Part shown: positions 29,518 to 39,437 of the stretch, piece after piece
Layout of the letters: the number at the start of each line of letters is the position of its first letter
Position numbering within the stretch: position 1 is the stretch's first letter
From: an uncultured delta proteobacterium
GTDB lineage: Bacteria; Myxococcota_A; Polyangia; Fen-1088
Assembly (NCBI GenBank): GCA_963737265.1
Contig: CAVTRY010000016.1
Span: 1 to 64,000, forward strand
Direction of reading: 5' to 3'
Length of the DNA stretch: 64,000 bases
The notes under the pieces: model-generated
Told to the model about the DNA's origin: nothing
Databases searched by the model: none
Seen by the model: the letters and a program-made list of their open reading frames with translations, nothing else
Program-made: the position numbers and the translations under genes

Positions 29518-32292
29518 ATGCGCACAACGGTGACCGGATCGTCGGTGGAAGACGGGGCAAGCAACGCTGCGCCGCCGTGGCGGGTCGATTCATTACAGAC
29601 GTTAGCGAAAATCAGGGTTGACCCCCGATGGACATTTCGGTGGCGACGCTGTTCGACGTCCATTGCGCTGATGGTTGCGCTGGTGAAAATCCCCCGAGCA
29701 GACGCGGCGGAGCCGGCCGCGGCGCCGTTCAAGCCGCCCCGTCTCGTTCGTTTCGTGGAGGCGGTTCTGCCCACCGCGCCGGCCGCGCGACGCGAAGCCG
29801 AGGTCGTCCTCTCGATCGACGTCGATGAGACCGGCAAGGTCGGCGCGGTCGAGGTGACCAAGCCCGCCGGGGGAGAGGGGGGCGAGGCGCTCGACAGCGC
29901 GGCCGTCGCCGCCGCTCGTCAGTTTGTTTTCGCGCCGGGAGAGGCCGACGGACGTCCGGTACCCGTGCGCGTTACGTATAGCTATAAGTTCGTGTTCAAG
30001 CCCGCTCTGCGTCCGCCCCCTTCGCCAGCCCCCACGGGGACGGAAGCTCCGCACGTCCCCTCCGTCCCGCTGTCCGGCATCGTGCGCCGTCGGGGCGATC
30101 GCACCGCCGTCGCGGGCGCGGTCGCGGTCTGCACCGTCGCACCGGGCGACGAGCGGCGCGCCGTCACCGACGAGCAAGGGCGATTTTCGTTCGCCGCGCT
30201 CCCCGTCGGCGAGCACAAGCTGGCGCTGCGCGGGGCGACGATTCTGCCGGTCGACGTCACGGTCGCGTTGCACGAAGGGAAGTCCACCGAGCTCAGCCTG
30301 TTCGTGGACGTGAAGGAGCGATACGCCTCCACCGTGCGCGCGCAGCGCGCCGTCGTGGAGACGGTCGAGCAGACGCTCACCACCGCGGAGATCCAGCGGA
30401 TCCCCGGCACCCAGGGCGACACGCTGAAGGCGGTTCAGAACCTGCCGGGCGTCGCGCGGGCGCCGTTCGGGATCGGCCTGCTGCCGGTCTGGGGCTCGGC
30501 GCCGGCCGACACCCGGGTCTACATCGACGGCGTGAACGTACCGGTGCTCTACCATTTCGGCGGCCTCCGCTCGACCGTGAACAGCGAGATGATCGACGGG
30601 CTCACCTTCGTCCCCGGCGGCTACCAGGCCGACCACGGGCTCGGCCTCGGCGGGATCGTCGACGTCGACACCCGCCGGCCGCGCACCGACGGGCTGCACG
30701 GCTACGCCCAGATGGACCTGCTCGACGGGTCGCTCATGCTCGAGGGGCCGATCAGCAAGACGTTGTCGTTCGCGGTCGCCGGACGGCGGAGCTGGATCGA
30801 CGTCACCTTGCCTCTCTTCACCACCAGCACCTTCCAGCTTTCGCCCGTCTACTACGACTATCAGGCGCGCCTCTCCTGGCGTCCTTCGGGCCGCGACGTG
30901 GTCGACCTCTTCCTGTTCGGCTCGGATGACAAGCTCAGCCTGCTGGCCCGGGTCAAGAACGACGCGCTCGACGCCACCGTCGACTCGCACACCTTCTTTC
31001 ACCGGGCGGTCCTCAGCTGGGCGCACCGGTTCGAGCGCGGGCGGACGCTTTCGGTCACCTCGTCGGTCGGCTACGACGCCCCCTTCGGGCTGGGGGTGGC
31101 GTTCGGCCAGACGCCGAGCACGCTCGACGAGCGCGCCTTCGCTTACGCCACGCGCGCCGTCGGCCGCTGGCCGATCACCAGCACGCTCCGCCTCGACGGC
31201 GGCGTCGACTTCGAGGGGGACCGCTGGCAGGTGAACCGCGCGGGCTCACCCGCGATGGTCACCGACCTGGTGGGCGGCACCGGCGCCGGGGGGCTGGGCG
31301 CCAACGGCGGCTTCAGCGGCGCGGGCAGCGGCTACGCCATCGACGACCTGACCCTCTACACGAACAACGTGGCGCCGTTCGTGACCGCGACGCTGGCGCT
31401 CTTCGATCACCGCCTCACCATCACGCCGCAATTTCGCCTCCAGGTCATGACCTTCGCCGGCTACCAGGGGATGCCGGCGTCGTTCGCCCGGGGGTTCGTC
31501 TCGCCGGAGCCGCGCCTGGCGCTGCGCTACCAGCTGACCCCGCGCCTGGCTCTCAAGGGCGCCGTGGGGCTCTACGCGCAGCCACCGGATCCGTCGGCGT
31601 TCTCACGTGACTTCGGCAACCCGAATATCTTGCCCGAGCACGGCACGCAGTACGTCGTCGGCGCCGAAGGGGAGCTTCTGCCTGGATTGACCGCCGAGGT
31701 CGACCTGTTCTGGAAGAACCTGCGCGATCTGGTCGTCCCCGGCCAAAACCCGGGCGATCCGCCGCTCGACAACGACGGCATCGGGCGCGCCTACGGCGGC
31801 GAGATCCTCATTCGCCAGAACCTGGGCAAGCGCCTCTTCGGCTGGCTGGCCTACACGCTGTCGCGGAGCCAGCGGAAGGACCATCCGGGGCAGAGCTGGT
31901 ATCCGTTCGAGTTCGACCAGACGAACATCCTCACCGTGATGCTCAGCTACTTCTTGCCGCGCGGGTTCGAGGTGGGCGGGCGCTATCGCTACGTGACCGG
32001 GGATCCCTACACCCCCGTGACCGGGTCGTTCTACGACGCGGTCTCCAACAGCTACATGCCCATCGCCGGTGCCACCAACAGCGCGCGCCTCGGGCCCTTC
32101 AACCAGCTCGACCTGCGGGTCGACAAGGTCTTCACCTTCGACCGCTGGCGCCTCTCCTTCTACCTCGACGTCCAGAACGTGTTGCGTGCCGACAACCCCG
32201 AAGCGGTCGGCTACAACTACAACTACACCATCGCGCATCCCATCACGGGGTTGCCGCTGCTGCCGATCCTCGGGATCCGGGGGGACTTCTGA
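29518..32292 (+). CDS. TonB-dependent receptor with N-terminal TonB C-domain and carboxypeptidase-regulatory-like domain (start uncertain, 29518-29671)
   Basis: LDSAAVAAARQFVF TonB_C, IPGTQGDTLKAVQNLPGV plug, LDVQNV, terminal GIRGDF. Confidence 0.92.
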   Translation: MRTTVTGSSVEDGASNAAPPWRVDSLQTLAKIRVDPRWTFRWRRCSTSIALMVALVKIPRADAAEPAAAPFKPPRLVRFVEAVLPTAPAARREAEVVLSIDVDETGKVGAVEVTKPAGGEGGEALDSAAVAAARQFVFAPGEADGRPVPVRVTYSYKFVFKPALRPPPSPAPTGTEAPHVPSVPLSGIVRRRGDRTAVAGAVAVCTVAPGDERRAVTDEQGRFSFAALPVGEHKLALRGATILPVDVTVALHEGKSTELSLFVDVKERYASTVRAQRAVVETVEQTLTTAEIQRIPGTQGDTLKAVQNLPGVARAPFGIGLLPVWGSAPADTRVYIDGVNVPVLYHFGGLRSTVNSEMIDGLTFVPGGYQADHGLGLGGIVDVDTRRPRTDGLHGYAQMDLLDGSLMLEGPISKTLSFAVAGRRSWIDVTLPLFTTSTFQLSPVYYDYQARLSWRPSGRDVVDLFLFGSDDKLSLLARVKNDALDATVDSHTFFHRAVLSWAHRFERGRTLSVTSSVGYDAPFGLGVAFGQTPSTLDERAFAYATRAVGRWPITSTLRLDGGVDFEGDRWQVNRAGSPAMVTDLVGGTGAGGLGANGGFSGAGSGYAIDDLTLYTNNVAPFVTATLALFDHRLTITPQFRLQVMTFAGYQGMPASFARGFVSPEPRLALRYQLTPRLALKGAVGLYAQPPDPSAFSRDFGNPNILPEHGTQYVVGAEGELLPGLTAEVDLFWKNLRDLVVPGQNPGDPPLDNDGIGRAYGGEILIRQNLGKRLFGWLAYTLSRSQRKDHPGQSWYPFEFDQTNILTVMLSYFLPRGFEVGGRYRYVTGDPYTPVTGSFYDAVSNSYMPIAGATNSARLGPFNQLDLRVDKVFTFDRWRLSFYLDVQNVLRADNPEAVGYNYNYTIAHPITGLPLLPILGIRGDF

Positions 32293-33146
32293 TGTCGCCC
32301 GCGCGGTCGCCGTTGCGGATTCTGGCTCCTGTGTGCGGTGCGGGCTGCGTCCTCGTCTGGCTCGGCGGATGCCAGAGCTTTACCGATCCACCGGTCAGCT
32401 TCGTGGCCGGACTGCGGGTGCTCGGCATGAAGGCCGAGCCTCCGCAGATCGCCCCGGGCGCGAGCACGACGGTGACCGCGCTGGTGGTCGACACCGACGG
32501 CGGAACGCCCACCTCGTCCTGGAGCCAGTGCCTCCTGACTCCGTTGCCGGGGCAGACGGTCAACCCCGCTTGCGTCGACGGGGCAGCGGGCGCCGAGCTC
32601 CAGCCGGTCGGCGCCGGTCTGACGATCCCCTTCGTGATGCCGCAGGTGACGGCCGCGTCCCTGGGTGCCCCCGACGCGACGGGCGGCGTCTATCTGCCGC
32701 TCGTGGCCGCGGTGAGCGCGAGCCCTCAATCGCTCACTGCCGTCTATCGGCTGCGCCTCGCCGACGCGGCCCCGGCCAACACCAATCCCACCATTGTCGA
32801 CATCTTTTCTGTCGACGCCACCGGAGCGATGTCGGCGCTCGACGCCACGGCGCCGACGCCGGTCCAGGCCGGTGGGGCGCTCAGCCTGACGGTGACGTTC
32901 GCGCCCGACAGCGCGCAGGTCTACACCGCCGCCGACGGAACGGTGACGACCGAGACGCTCACCACCTCCTGGTTCTGCACCGCCGGCGACCTGAGCTTCG
33001 AGAAGACCAGCGCCACCCAGCCGGTGACGGTGCTGCACCTCGATCAGCGCCTGCCGTCAGCCGGCGCGCAGATCGATCTCTACGCTGTCGCCCACGACGA
33101 ACGCGGCGGCACCGACTTCGCACATCGCACCCTGCTGCTCCAGTAA
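32292..33146 (+). CDS. Hypothetical lipoprotein coupled to the TonB receptor
   Basis: Lipobox LGGC, LRVLGMKAEPP, C-terminal AVAHDERGG; 1-bp overlap with the receptor stop. Confidence 0.8.
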   Translation: MSPARSPLRILAPVCGAGCVLVWLGGCQSFTDPPVSFVAGLRVLGMKAEPPQIAPGASTTVTALVVDTDGGTPTSSWSQCLLTPLPGQTVNPACVDGAAGAELQPVGAGLTIPFVMPQVTAASLGAPDATGGVYLPLVAAVSASPQSLTAVYRLRLADAAPANTNPTIVDIFSVDATGAMSALDATAPTPVQAGGALSLTVTFAPDSAQVYTAADGTVTTETLTTSWFCTAGDLSFEKTSATQPVTVLHLDQRLPSAGAQIDLYAVAHDERGGTDFAHRTLLLQ

Positions 33147-33170
33147 AGGAAGGAAAAGGAAGTAACGAAG

Positions 33171-33782
33171 ATGGATGTTTCGGGAAGGTTCCTCGCGTTC
33201 ACGCTCCACGGCGCCGGATGGGTGCTCTGGCTGTTGATCGCTCTTAGCGTGATGAGCATGGCCGTCATGCTCGAGCGGCTCTGGTACTTTCGAGCCCACC
33301 GGGTCTGCCGGCGCCAGCTGGCGGCGGAGATTCGGACGCTGCTGCGGCAGGGTGACGAGCAGGGGGAGGCCGGGGCGGCCACCTGTATCGAGATGACGGC
33401 GGCGATCGAAGGAGCCAAGACGCGCGAGCGGCTGCGGCTCGAGCGGCGCCTCCCTTTTTTGGCCACGCTCGGGTCGAACGGGCCCTTCGTCGGTCTCTTC
33501 GGGACGGTGCTGGGGATCATCAAGGCCTTTCACGATCTGGCCGCCACGCAGGGGACGGCCGGCGCGGGCGCCTCGACGGTGATGGCGGGGATCTCCGAGG
33601 CGCTGGTGGCCACGGCGATCGGCCTCTTGGTCGCCATCCCAGCCGTCGTCGCCTTCAACTACTTCAGCCGGCGGGTCCGGGTGCGGATGGCGGAGGTCGA
33701 CTGGCTGGCGCACCTGGCGGCGGAGGATGTTCAGGGCGGCTGGACGCGGACCGAAGAACGGCCGCTGCGGCGGAGCGCCTGA
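33171..33782 (+). CDS. exbB: ExbB/TolQ/MotA proton channel
   Basis: LATLGSNGPFVGLFGTVLGI, GISEALVATAIGL. Confidence 0.9.
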   Translation: MDVSGRFLAFTLHGAGWVLWLLIALSVMSMAVMLERLWYFRAHRVCRRQLAAEIRTLLRQGDEQGEAGAATCIEMTAAIEGAKTRERLRLERRLPFLATLGSNGPFVGLFGTVLGIIKAFHDLAATQGTAGAGASTVMAGISEALVATAIGLLVAIPAVVAFNYFSRRVRVRMAEVDWLAHLAAEDVQGGWTRTEERPLRRSA

Positions 33783-34216
33783 TGGCGGCCGGAGGTCAGG
33801 ATCGCGACGACGGCTGCGGCGGGATGTTCGCCCACATCAACGTCACGCCGATGGTCGACGTGACGCTGGTGCTGCTGGTCATCTTCATGGTGGCCGCGCC
33901 GCTCATCGTCGCCAACCCGTCGATCAAGGTGGCGCTCCCCAAGGCGACGACAGGCGACGAGACCAAGCGCTCCACGTTGGCCCTCACGCTGGAGCGGGAA
34001 TCCACCGGCGGCTACAAGCTCTTCCGCAACGGCCAGCCGACCGACGAGCCATCGGTGCGGGCGCTCGTGCCTGGCCTCCTGAAGAGCGATCCGGAGCTGC
34101 AGGCGATCGTCGCGGCGGATCGCGGGATCGCCTACGGCGACGTCATGCACGTCGTCGACTTCATCAAGGCGCTCGGCGTGACGAAGTTCGCGCTCAACAC
34201 GCAGTCGGGCCCGTAG
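33782..34216 (+). CDS. exbD: ExbD/TolR biopolymer transporter
   Basis: INVTPMVDVTLVLLVIFMV, AADRGIAYG. Confidence 0.9.
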   Translation: MAAGGQDRDDGCGGMFAHINVTPMVDVTLVLLVIFMVAAPLIVANPSIKVALPKATTGDETKRSTLALTLERESTGGYKLFRNGQPTDEPSVRALVPGLLKSDPELQAIVAADRGIAYGDVMHVVDFIKALGVTKFALNTQSGP

Positions 34217-34227
34217 GGAGACCGTCG

Positions 34228-35001
34228 GTGTCTCGCCGGGCCGATCTGGTCACCGTGACGGTGGCGGTTGTCTTTCATGCCGGGTTCGCCGTGGCGATCG
34301 CGCGCCAGCATGTCGACAAGCGACCCGCCAGCAGCACGGTCGAGCTGGAGTTCGCGAAGCAACCGCCGCCCACGCTCGCCACGCACGCGCCGGCCCCCGC
34401 CGGCCCGGCGCCCGCGGCCCTCGCGCCCAGGCCCCGGCGCCAGCTGGCGTTGCGCACGCGGGCCGCGCCCCCGAGCCACCCGGCCGCGGAGACCGCCGCG
34501 CCCGCCGCGCCGACGCTGGCACCGCCAAAGCCGATCTTCGGCGTGTCGATGGCGTCGACGAGCGAGGTCGCGGTGGGGGTCGCTGTCCCGTCAGGCTCGA
34601 CCACAGCGGCCGATCCGTCGCGGGCCGGCGGTGCCGCGGTGGGGCACGCCGCCGGGAGCGCGCCCTCCGGTGACGGCGAGGGGGCCTACCAACCGGCGTC
34701 GGAGTCGGACGTCGCCACCATGCCCGAGATCGACACGGATGCTTGCGGAAGGACCATCGCCTACCCGGACGAGGCCGAGCAGGCGGGGATCGAAGGGGAC
34801 GTCCGCCTGCGCGTCGCGCTCACGCCCGAAGGACATGTCTACGCCGTCCGCGTGCTGTCCGGGCTGGGGCACGGGCTCGATCGCGCCGCCAGCGAGGCGC
34901 TGAAGCACCGCTGCCGCTTCTCGCCCGCCATCGGCAAGGGGGGAAAGCCGGTGGCCTTCGTCATTCAGTCGTACACATTCCACTTCCAGCTCCCGCGCTG
35001 A
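34228..35001 (+). CDS. tonB: TonB energy transducer
   Basis: N-terminal TM with His, Pro-rich linker, YPDEAEQAGIEGDV, LDRAA. Confidence 0.85.
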   Translation: MSRRADLVTVTVAVVFHAGFAVAIARQHVDKRPASSTVELEFAKQPPPTLATHAPAPAGPAPAALAPRPRRQLALRTRAAPPSHPAAETAAPAAPTLAPPKPIFGVSMASTSEVAVGVAVPSGSTTAADPSRAGGAAVGHAAGSAPSGDGEGAYQPASESDVATMPEIDTDACGRTIAYPDEAEQAGIEGDVRLRVALTPEGHVYAVRVLSGLGHGLDRAASEALKHRCRFSPAIGKGGKPVAFVIQSYTFHFQLPR

Positions 35002-35064
35002 GCGGGCGAGGACTGCCGAGGGAGGCCTTGCGAGCGGTGAAGGCATGACCACCTTCGCGCTTGT

Positions 35065-36186
35065 TTGTCGTTCCTGGGGAAAACGTCGATTGGGCAGGCG
35101 CTCTGGCTCGTCCTGTCCGTCGCGGCGTGCGGGCAACGCCGCGCCGCCGGTTCGGGGCCGCCGGCGGGGCCGCCCCCCATGCCGGTGCAGATCGAGGCGG
35201 TCAAGTCGGTTCCCCTCCGCGATGCCACGGAGTACGTGGGCGTTTTGCGATCCCGGCAGTCGGTGCAGATTCAACCGCTCGTCGAAGGTCATGTATCCAA
35301 GATTCTGGTCTCCTCGGGCGATGAAGTTCAGGCCCGTGCGCCGCTGATCGACATCGACCCGTCGCGCCAGCGCGCGGCGGTCAGCAGCCAACGCGCGATC
35401 CAGGAGGCGAACGTCGCCAGCCTCGACCTGGCGCGCAAGCAATACGCGCGGGTCGAGCGCCTCTTCAATCGGGGCGCCGCCACCCGTCAGGACTTCAATC
35501 AGGCTCAAAATGGCCTGCAGCAGGCGCAGGCGAACGTGAGCGCGACCGAGGCACAGACGCGCGTGCAGGCGGTCCAGCTGCGCTACTACGGGGTGGTGGC
35601 GCCGGTCGACGGGACGGTGGGCGACATTCCGGTGCGCGTGGGCGATTTCGTGACGTCGCAGACGTTGCTCACCACGCTCGACGACAACAGCTCTCTCGAG
35701 GCGTACATCGACGTGCCGCTGGAACGGGCGGCGGGTTTGAAGCTGGGGACGTTGGTCGAGATCGTCGACGCCGCCGGCAACGTCCTGGCGCCGAGCGAGG
35801 TCAGCTTCGTTTCGCCGCGCGCAGATCCGGCGACGCAGATGGTCCTGGTCAAGGCGCGGGTAGACAATCGGGATGGCAAGTTGCGGGCGGCGCAGTTCGT
35901 GCGTGCGCGGATCGTCTGGCGCCGATACGACGGCCCCGTGGTTCCGGTTCTCTCGGTCGAGCGGCGTGCCGGGCAGTCCTTCGTCTGGGTCGTGAGCGGC
36001 CCAGACGGCGCCCTGACCGCCGACCAGCGCGCGGTCCAGATCGGGCCGATTCAAGGACAAAGCTATCCGGTCACACACGGGCTGCAGGCGGGCGATCGCA
36101 TCGTCGCCTCCGGCGTGCAAAAGCTCCGTCCCGGCGCCCGCGTCGCCCCGCTCCCCGCCGCCCCGGCGGCGCGAGGGGGCGGCTAG
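35065..36186 (+). CDS. RND efflux periplasmic adaptor (MFP)
   Basis: Lipobox VAAC, APVDGTVG, GLQAGDRIVASGVQKLRPG. Confidence 0.92.
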   Translation: MSFLGKTSIGQALWLVLSVAACGQRRAAGSGPPAGPPPMPVQIEAVKSVPLRDATEYVGVLRSRQSVQIQPLVEGHVSKILVSSGDEVQARAPLIDIDPSRQRAAVSSQRAIQEANVASLDLARKQYARVERLFNRGAATRQDFNQAQNGLQQAQANVSATEAQTRVQAVQLRYYGVVAPVDGTVGDIPVRVGDFVTSQTLLTTLDDNSSLEAYIDVPLERAAGLKLGTLVEIVDAAGNVLAPSEVSFVSPRADPATQMVLVKARVDNRDGKLRAAQFVRARIVWRRYDGPVVPVLSVERRAGQSFVWVVSGPDGALTADQRAVQIGPIQGQSYPVTHGLQAGDRIVASGVQKLRPGARVAPLPAAPAARGGG

Positions 36187-36202
36187 TGAATTGCGTGAGG
36201 GA

Positions 36203-36261
36203 GGACGAGCTTCGCTCGTCCGAACTCGTCGCGGGGGGCGCGGGACCCCTTGGGGGTCCCG
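36203..36261. repeat. Two perfect hairpins between the MFP and RND genes (REP-like or translational control)
   Basis: GGACGAGC-TTC-GCTCGTCC and CGGGACCCC-TTG-GGGGTCCCG. Confidence 0.5.
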
Positions 36262-36267
36262 AATAAG

Positions 36268-39200
36268 ATGTTTGCGGAATTTTTCATCAAGCGTCCGATC
36301 TTCGCGTCGGTGTGCGCGATCGTCATCGTGATCGGGGGGGCGGTCAGCATCCCGACCCTGCCCATCGCCCAGTACCCCGAGCTGGCGGCGCCGCAGGTGC
36401 AAGTGCAGAGCGTCTATGTCGGGGCCAGCGCGCGGGCGGTGGAGTCGGCCGTCACCACGCCGCTCGAGCAGGAGATCAACGGCGCCGAAGGGATGCGCTA
36501 TCTCACCTCGACCAGCGGCAGCGACGGGACCAGCAGCATCGTGGCCACCTTCGACGTCGGGCGGGACAAGGACCTGGCCGCGGTCGAGGTGCAGAACCGC
36601 GTCAACACGGCGCTGCCGAAACTCCCGGCGGAGGTCAAGAACACGGGGGTCACCGTCATCAAGACCTCGCCGGCAATCGTGATCGCGGCGGGCGTCTACT
36701 CCGACGACAACTCGCTCAGCAACATCTTCATCAGCAACTATCTCGATCTCTACGTGCGCGACGAGCTGAAGCGCATCCCCGGCGCGGCCGACGTGCGCAT
36801 CTTCGGCGAGCGCAAGTACGCCATGCGCCTCTGGCTCGATCCGGTGCGGCTCACCGCGCGCGGGCTGACCGCCGCCGACGTCGTCGCGGCGCTCCGCGAG
36901 CAGAACGCGATCATCGCGGCAGGCCAGGTCGGCCGCCCCCCGGCGCCCGCGGGGCAGACCTTTCAGATTAGCGTCACCGTGGCCGGCCGCCTGACCGATC
37001 CGCACGAGTTCGAGCAGCTGGTGCTGAGGCGCAGCGACAACGGCGGGCTGGTCTTGCTGCGCGACGTCGGCACCGCCGAGCTCGGCGCCGAGGACTACTC
37101 CCTGAACCTCCGCTTCGACGGCCGCGACGCTGTCGGGTTGGGCGTGTTTCAGCAGCCCGATGCCAACGCGCTCCAGCTGGAGGCCGCCATCCGGGCGACG
37201 CTGAGCCGCCTCGCCGTCAGCTTTCCGCCGTCGATGAAGTACGAGATCGCGTTCGATCCGACGACCGCCGTGCGCGATTCGATCCGCGAGGTGCTGAAGA
37301 CCCTGTTCGAGGCGATCGGCCTGGTCATCTTGGTCATCTTCCTGTTCCTGCAGGACTGGCGCGCCACCGTCATTCCCTGCGTCACCATCCCGGTGTCGTT
37401 GATCGGCACCTTCGTCTTCATCAAGGCGTTCGGGTTTTCGGTCAACACACTGACGCTGTTCGGGATCGTCCTCGCCACCGGTCTGGTCGTCGACGACGCG
37501 ATCGTCGTCGTGGAGAACATCGCCCGCAACCTGGGAGAGACCGAGGGGGATGCCCGGGCCGCCGCCGGCCGGGCGATGGGCGAGGTGGCCGGCGCGATCA
37601 TCGCCACCTCGCTGGTTCTGGTCGCCGTCTTCGTTCCGGCGGCCTTTCTCGCGGGGACGACCGGCCGCCTCTACCGGCAGTTCTCGCTCACCATCGCGTT
37701 TTCGGTCGCCATCTCGGCGTTCAACGCGCTCACCTTGTCGCCCGCGCTGGCGGGACTCCTGATGCGCCCCGAGCGCCCACATCGCTTCGTGCTGTTTCGC
37801 TGGTTCAACCGCACGTTCGACGCCACCCGCGAGGGCTATCGGCGCGCGCTCGGGTGGCAGCTCCACCACCTCGGCTGGGCAGGCGGAGCCTTCGTCGCGG
37901 GCCTGGCTCTGACGTTCCTGGTCTTCCGCGCGGTCCCCACCGGGTTCGTCCCCGACGAGGACCAGAACTACTTCATCATCCAGATGATTGGACCGCAGGG
38001 CGCCTCGCTCGACTACATGACCGGCGTCGCCAAGCAGGTCGAGGACCGCCTGAAGAGCCGGTCGGAGGTTCGCCACATCTTCTCGGTCTTGGGGTTCAAC
38101 TTCGCCGGCAACAGCTCCAACCGCGCGATCATCTTCGCCAGCTTGGCGCCGGTCGGCGAACGCGCGGGGAGTGCGCACTCGGCGCAGGCGGTGATCGCGG
38201 AGATGCAGCGGAAGCTGGGGGCCATCCCGGGCGCCATCGTGGTCCCCTTTCTGCCGCCGCCGATTCAGGGGCAAGGCTCGACAGGCGGGTTCACCTTCGA
38301 GCTGCTCGATCGGAGCGGGGGCACTGACTTCGGCCCCCTGGCCGAGACCAGCCAGCGTCTCACCGGCGAGGCCATGCGCAGCGGACGGGTCGGCGGGCTC
38401 TTCTCCACCTTCAGCGTCGACGATCCCCAGCTCGCGGTGTCGATCGATCGCGAAAAGGCCAAGAGCATCGGGGTGTCGATCGATCAAATCGGCGACGCGC
38501 TGGGCGTCTATCTCGGCTCCCAGTACGTGAACGACTTCGACTTTGGTCCACGCGCCTACCGCGTCTACGCGCAGGCGGCCGCCGCCTACCGCGACCAACC
38601 GCGCGACATCGGTGAGCTCTACGTGCGCTCGCAGGCCGGCGCGCTGGTCTCGCTCGACAACCTGGTGCGGGTCAAGACCGCCTCGGGGCCGCCCGTCATC
38701 AGTCACTACAACCTCTACCGATCGATCGAGCTCGCCGGGACCCCGACGCCAGGGACGTCCAGCGGCGAGGCGATCGCCGCCATGGAGACGGCCGCGCGCA
38801 ATGTGCTGCCGGCGGAGCTGGGGTTCGAATGGTCCGGCATCTCCTGGGAGGAGGTGCGCGCGGGCAGCCAGGCGCTGGTGATCTTCGCGCTCGGTCTGAC
38901 CTTCGTGTTCCTGGTGCTCTCCGCTCAATACGAGAGCTTCACGCTGCCGTTCATCATCATTCTCGCCGTACCGTTGGCGCTCTTGGGAGGGCTGGTCGCT
39001 CAGAAGCTGCGGGGCCTGAGCAACGACGCCTTCTGTCAGATCGGCCTCCTCATGCTGATCGGCCTGGCCAGCAAGAACGCCATCCTGATCGTCGAGTTCG
39101 CCGAGCAGCTCCGCGCCAAGGGGGCCAGCGCCGTCGACGCAATCGCGGAGGCGACGCAGCTGCGCCTGCGCCCCATCCTGATGACCTCCTTCGCCTTCCT

Positions 39201-39402
39201 GCTCGGCATCCTGCCCCTGGTGTTCGCCAGCGGCTCGGGGGCCGCCGGCCGGCACTCCATGGGAACGGCGCTCTTCGGCGGCCTCCTGTTGTCGACGGCG
39301 CTGAACCTCTTTTTCACGCCGGCGCTCTATCTGTTGATGCAGGACGCCCGCGCCCGGGTCTCCGCCTGGCGACGTCCGGGCGGGCAGGAGCCCGCGCGCT
39401 GA
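36268..39402 (+). CDS. HAE1-family RND efflux permease (AcrB-like)
   Basis: FFIKRPIFA, GLVVDDAIVVVEN, GLASKNAILIVEF, RLRPILMTS. Confidence 0.96.
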   Translation: MFAEFFIKRPIFASVCAIVIVIGGAVSIPTLPIAQYPELAAPQVQVQSVYVGASARAVESAVTTPLEQEINGAEGMRYLTSTSGSDGTSSIVATFDVGRDKDLAAVEVQNRVNTALPKLPAEVKNTGVTVIKTSPAIVIAAGVYSDDNSLSNIFISNYLDLYVRDELKRIPGAADVRIFGERKYAMRLWLDPVRLTARGLTAADVVAALREQNAIIAAGQVGRPPAPAGQTFQISVTVAGRLTDPHEFEQLVLRRSDNGGLVLLRDVGTAELGAEDYSLNLRFDGRDAVGLGVFQQPDANALQLEAAIRATLSRLAVSFPPSMKYEIAFDPTTAVRDSIREVLKTLFEAIGLVILVIFLFLQDWRATVIPCVTIPVSLIGTFVFIKAFGFSVNTLTLFGIVLATGLVVDDAIVVVENIARNLGETEGDARAAAGRAMGEVAGAIIATSLVLVAVFVPAAFLAGTTGRLYRQFSLTIAFSVAISAFNALTLSPALAGLLMRPERPHRFVLFRWFNRTFDATREGYRRALGWQLHHLGWAGGAFVAGLALTFLVFRAVPTGFVPDEDQNYFIIQMIGPQGASLDYMTGVAKQVEDRLKSRSEVRHIFSVLGFNFAGNSSNRAIIFASLAPVGERAGSAHSAQAVIAEMQRKLGAIPGAIVVPFLPPPIQGQGSTGGFTFELLDRSGGTDFGPLAETSQRLTGEAMRSGRVGGLFSTFSVDDPQLAVSIDREKAKSIGVSIDQIGDALGVYLGSQYVNDFDFGPRAYRVYAQAAAAYRDQPRDIGELYVRSQAGALVSLDNLVRVKTASGPPVISHYNLYRSIELAGTPTPGTSSGEAIAAMETAARNVLPAELGFEWSGISWEEVRAGSQALVIFALGLTFVFLVLSAQYESFTLPFIIILAVPLALLGGLVAQKLRGLSNDAFCQIGLLMLIGLASKNAILIVEFAEQLRAKGASAVDAIAEATQLRLRPILMTSFAFLLGILPLVFASGSGAAGRHSMGTALFGGLLLSTALNLFFTPALYLLMQDARARVSAWRRPGGQEPAR

Positions 39403-39437
39403 GGGGGGCCCACGCGACCGGCGCCGGTCTACTTGGC

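Noticed and set aside
34591-39255. 1554-aa minus-strand ORF and similar long antisense ORFs (20690-22750, 43856-45715, 49085-51250, 52016-54145)
   Set aside because: Shadow frames of clear genes in high-GC DNA; no recognisable motifs.
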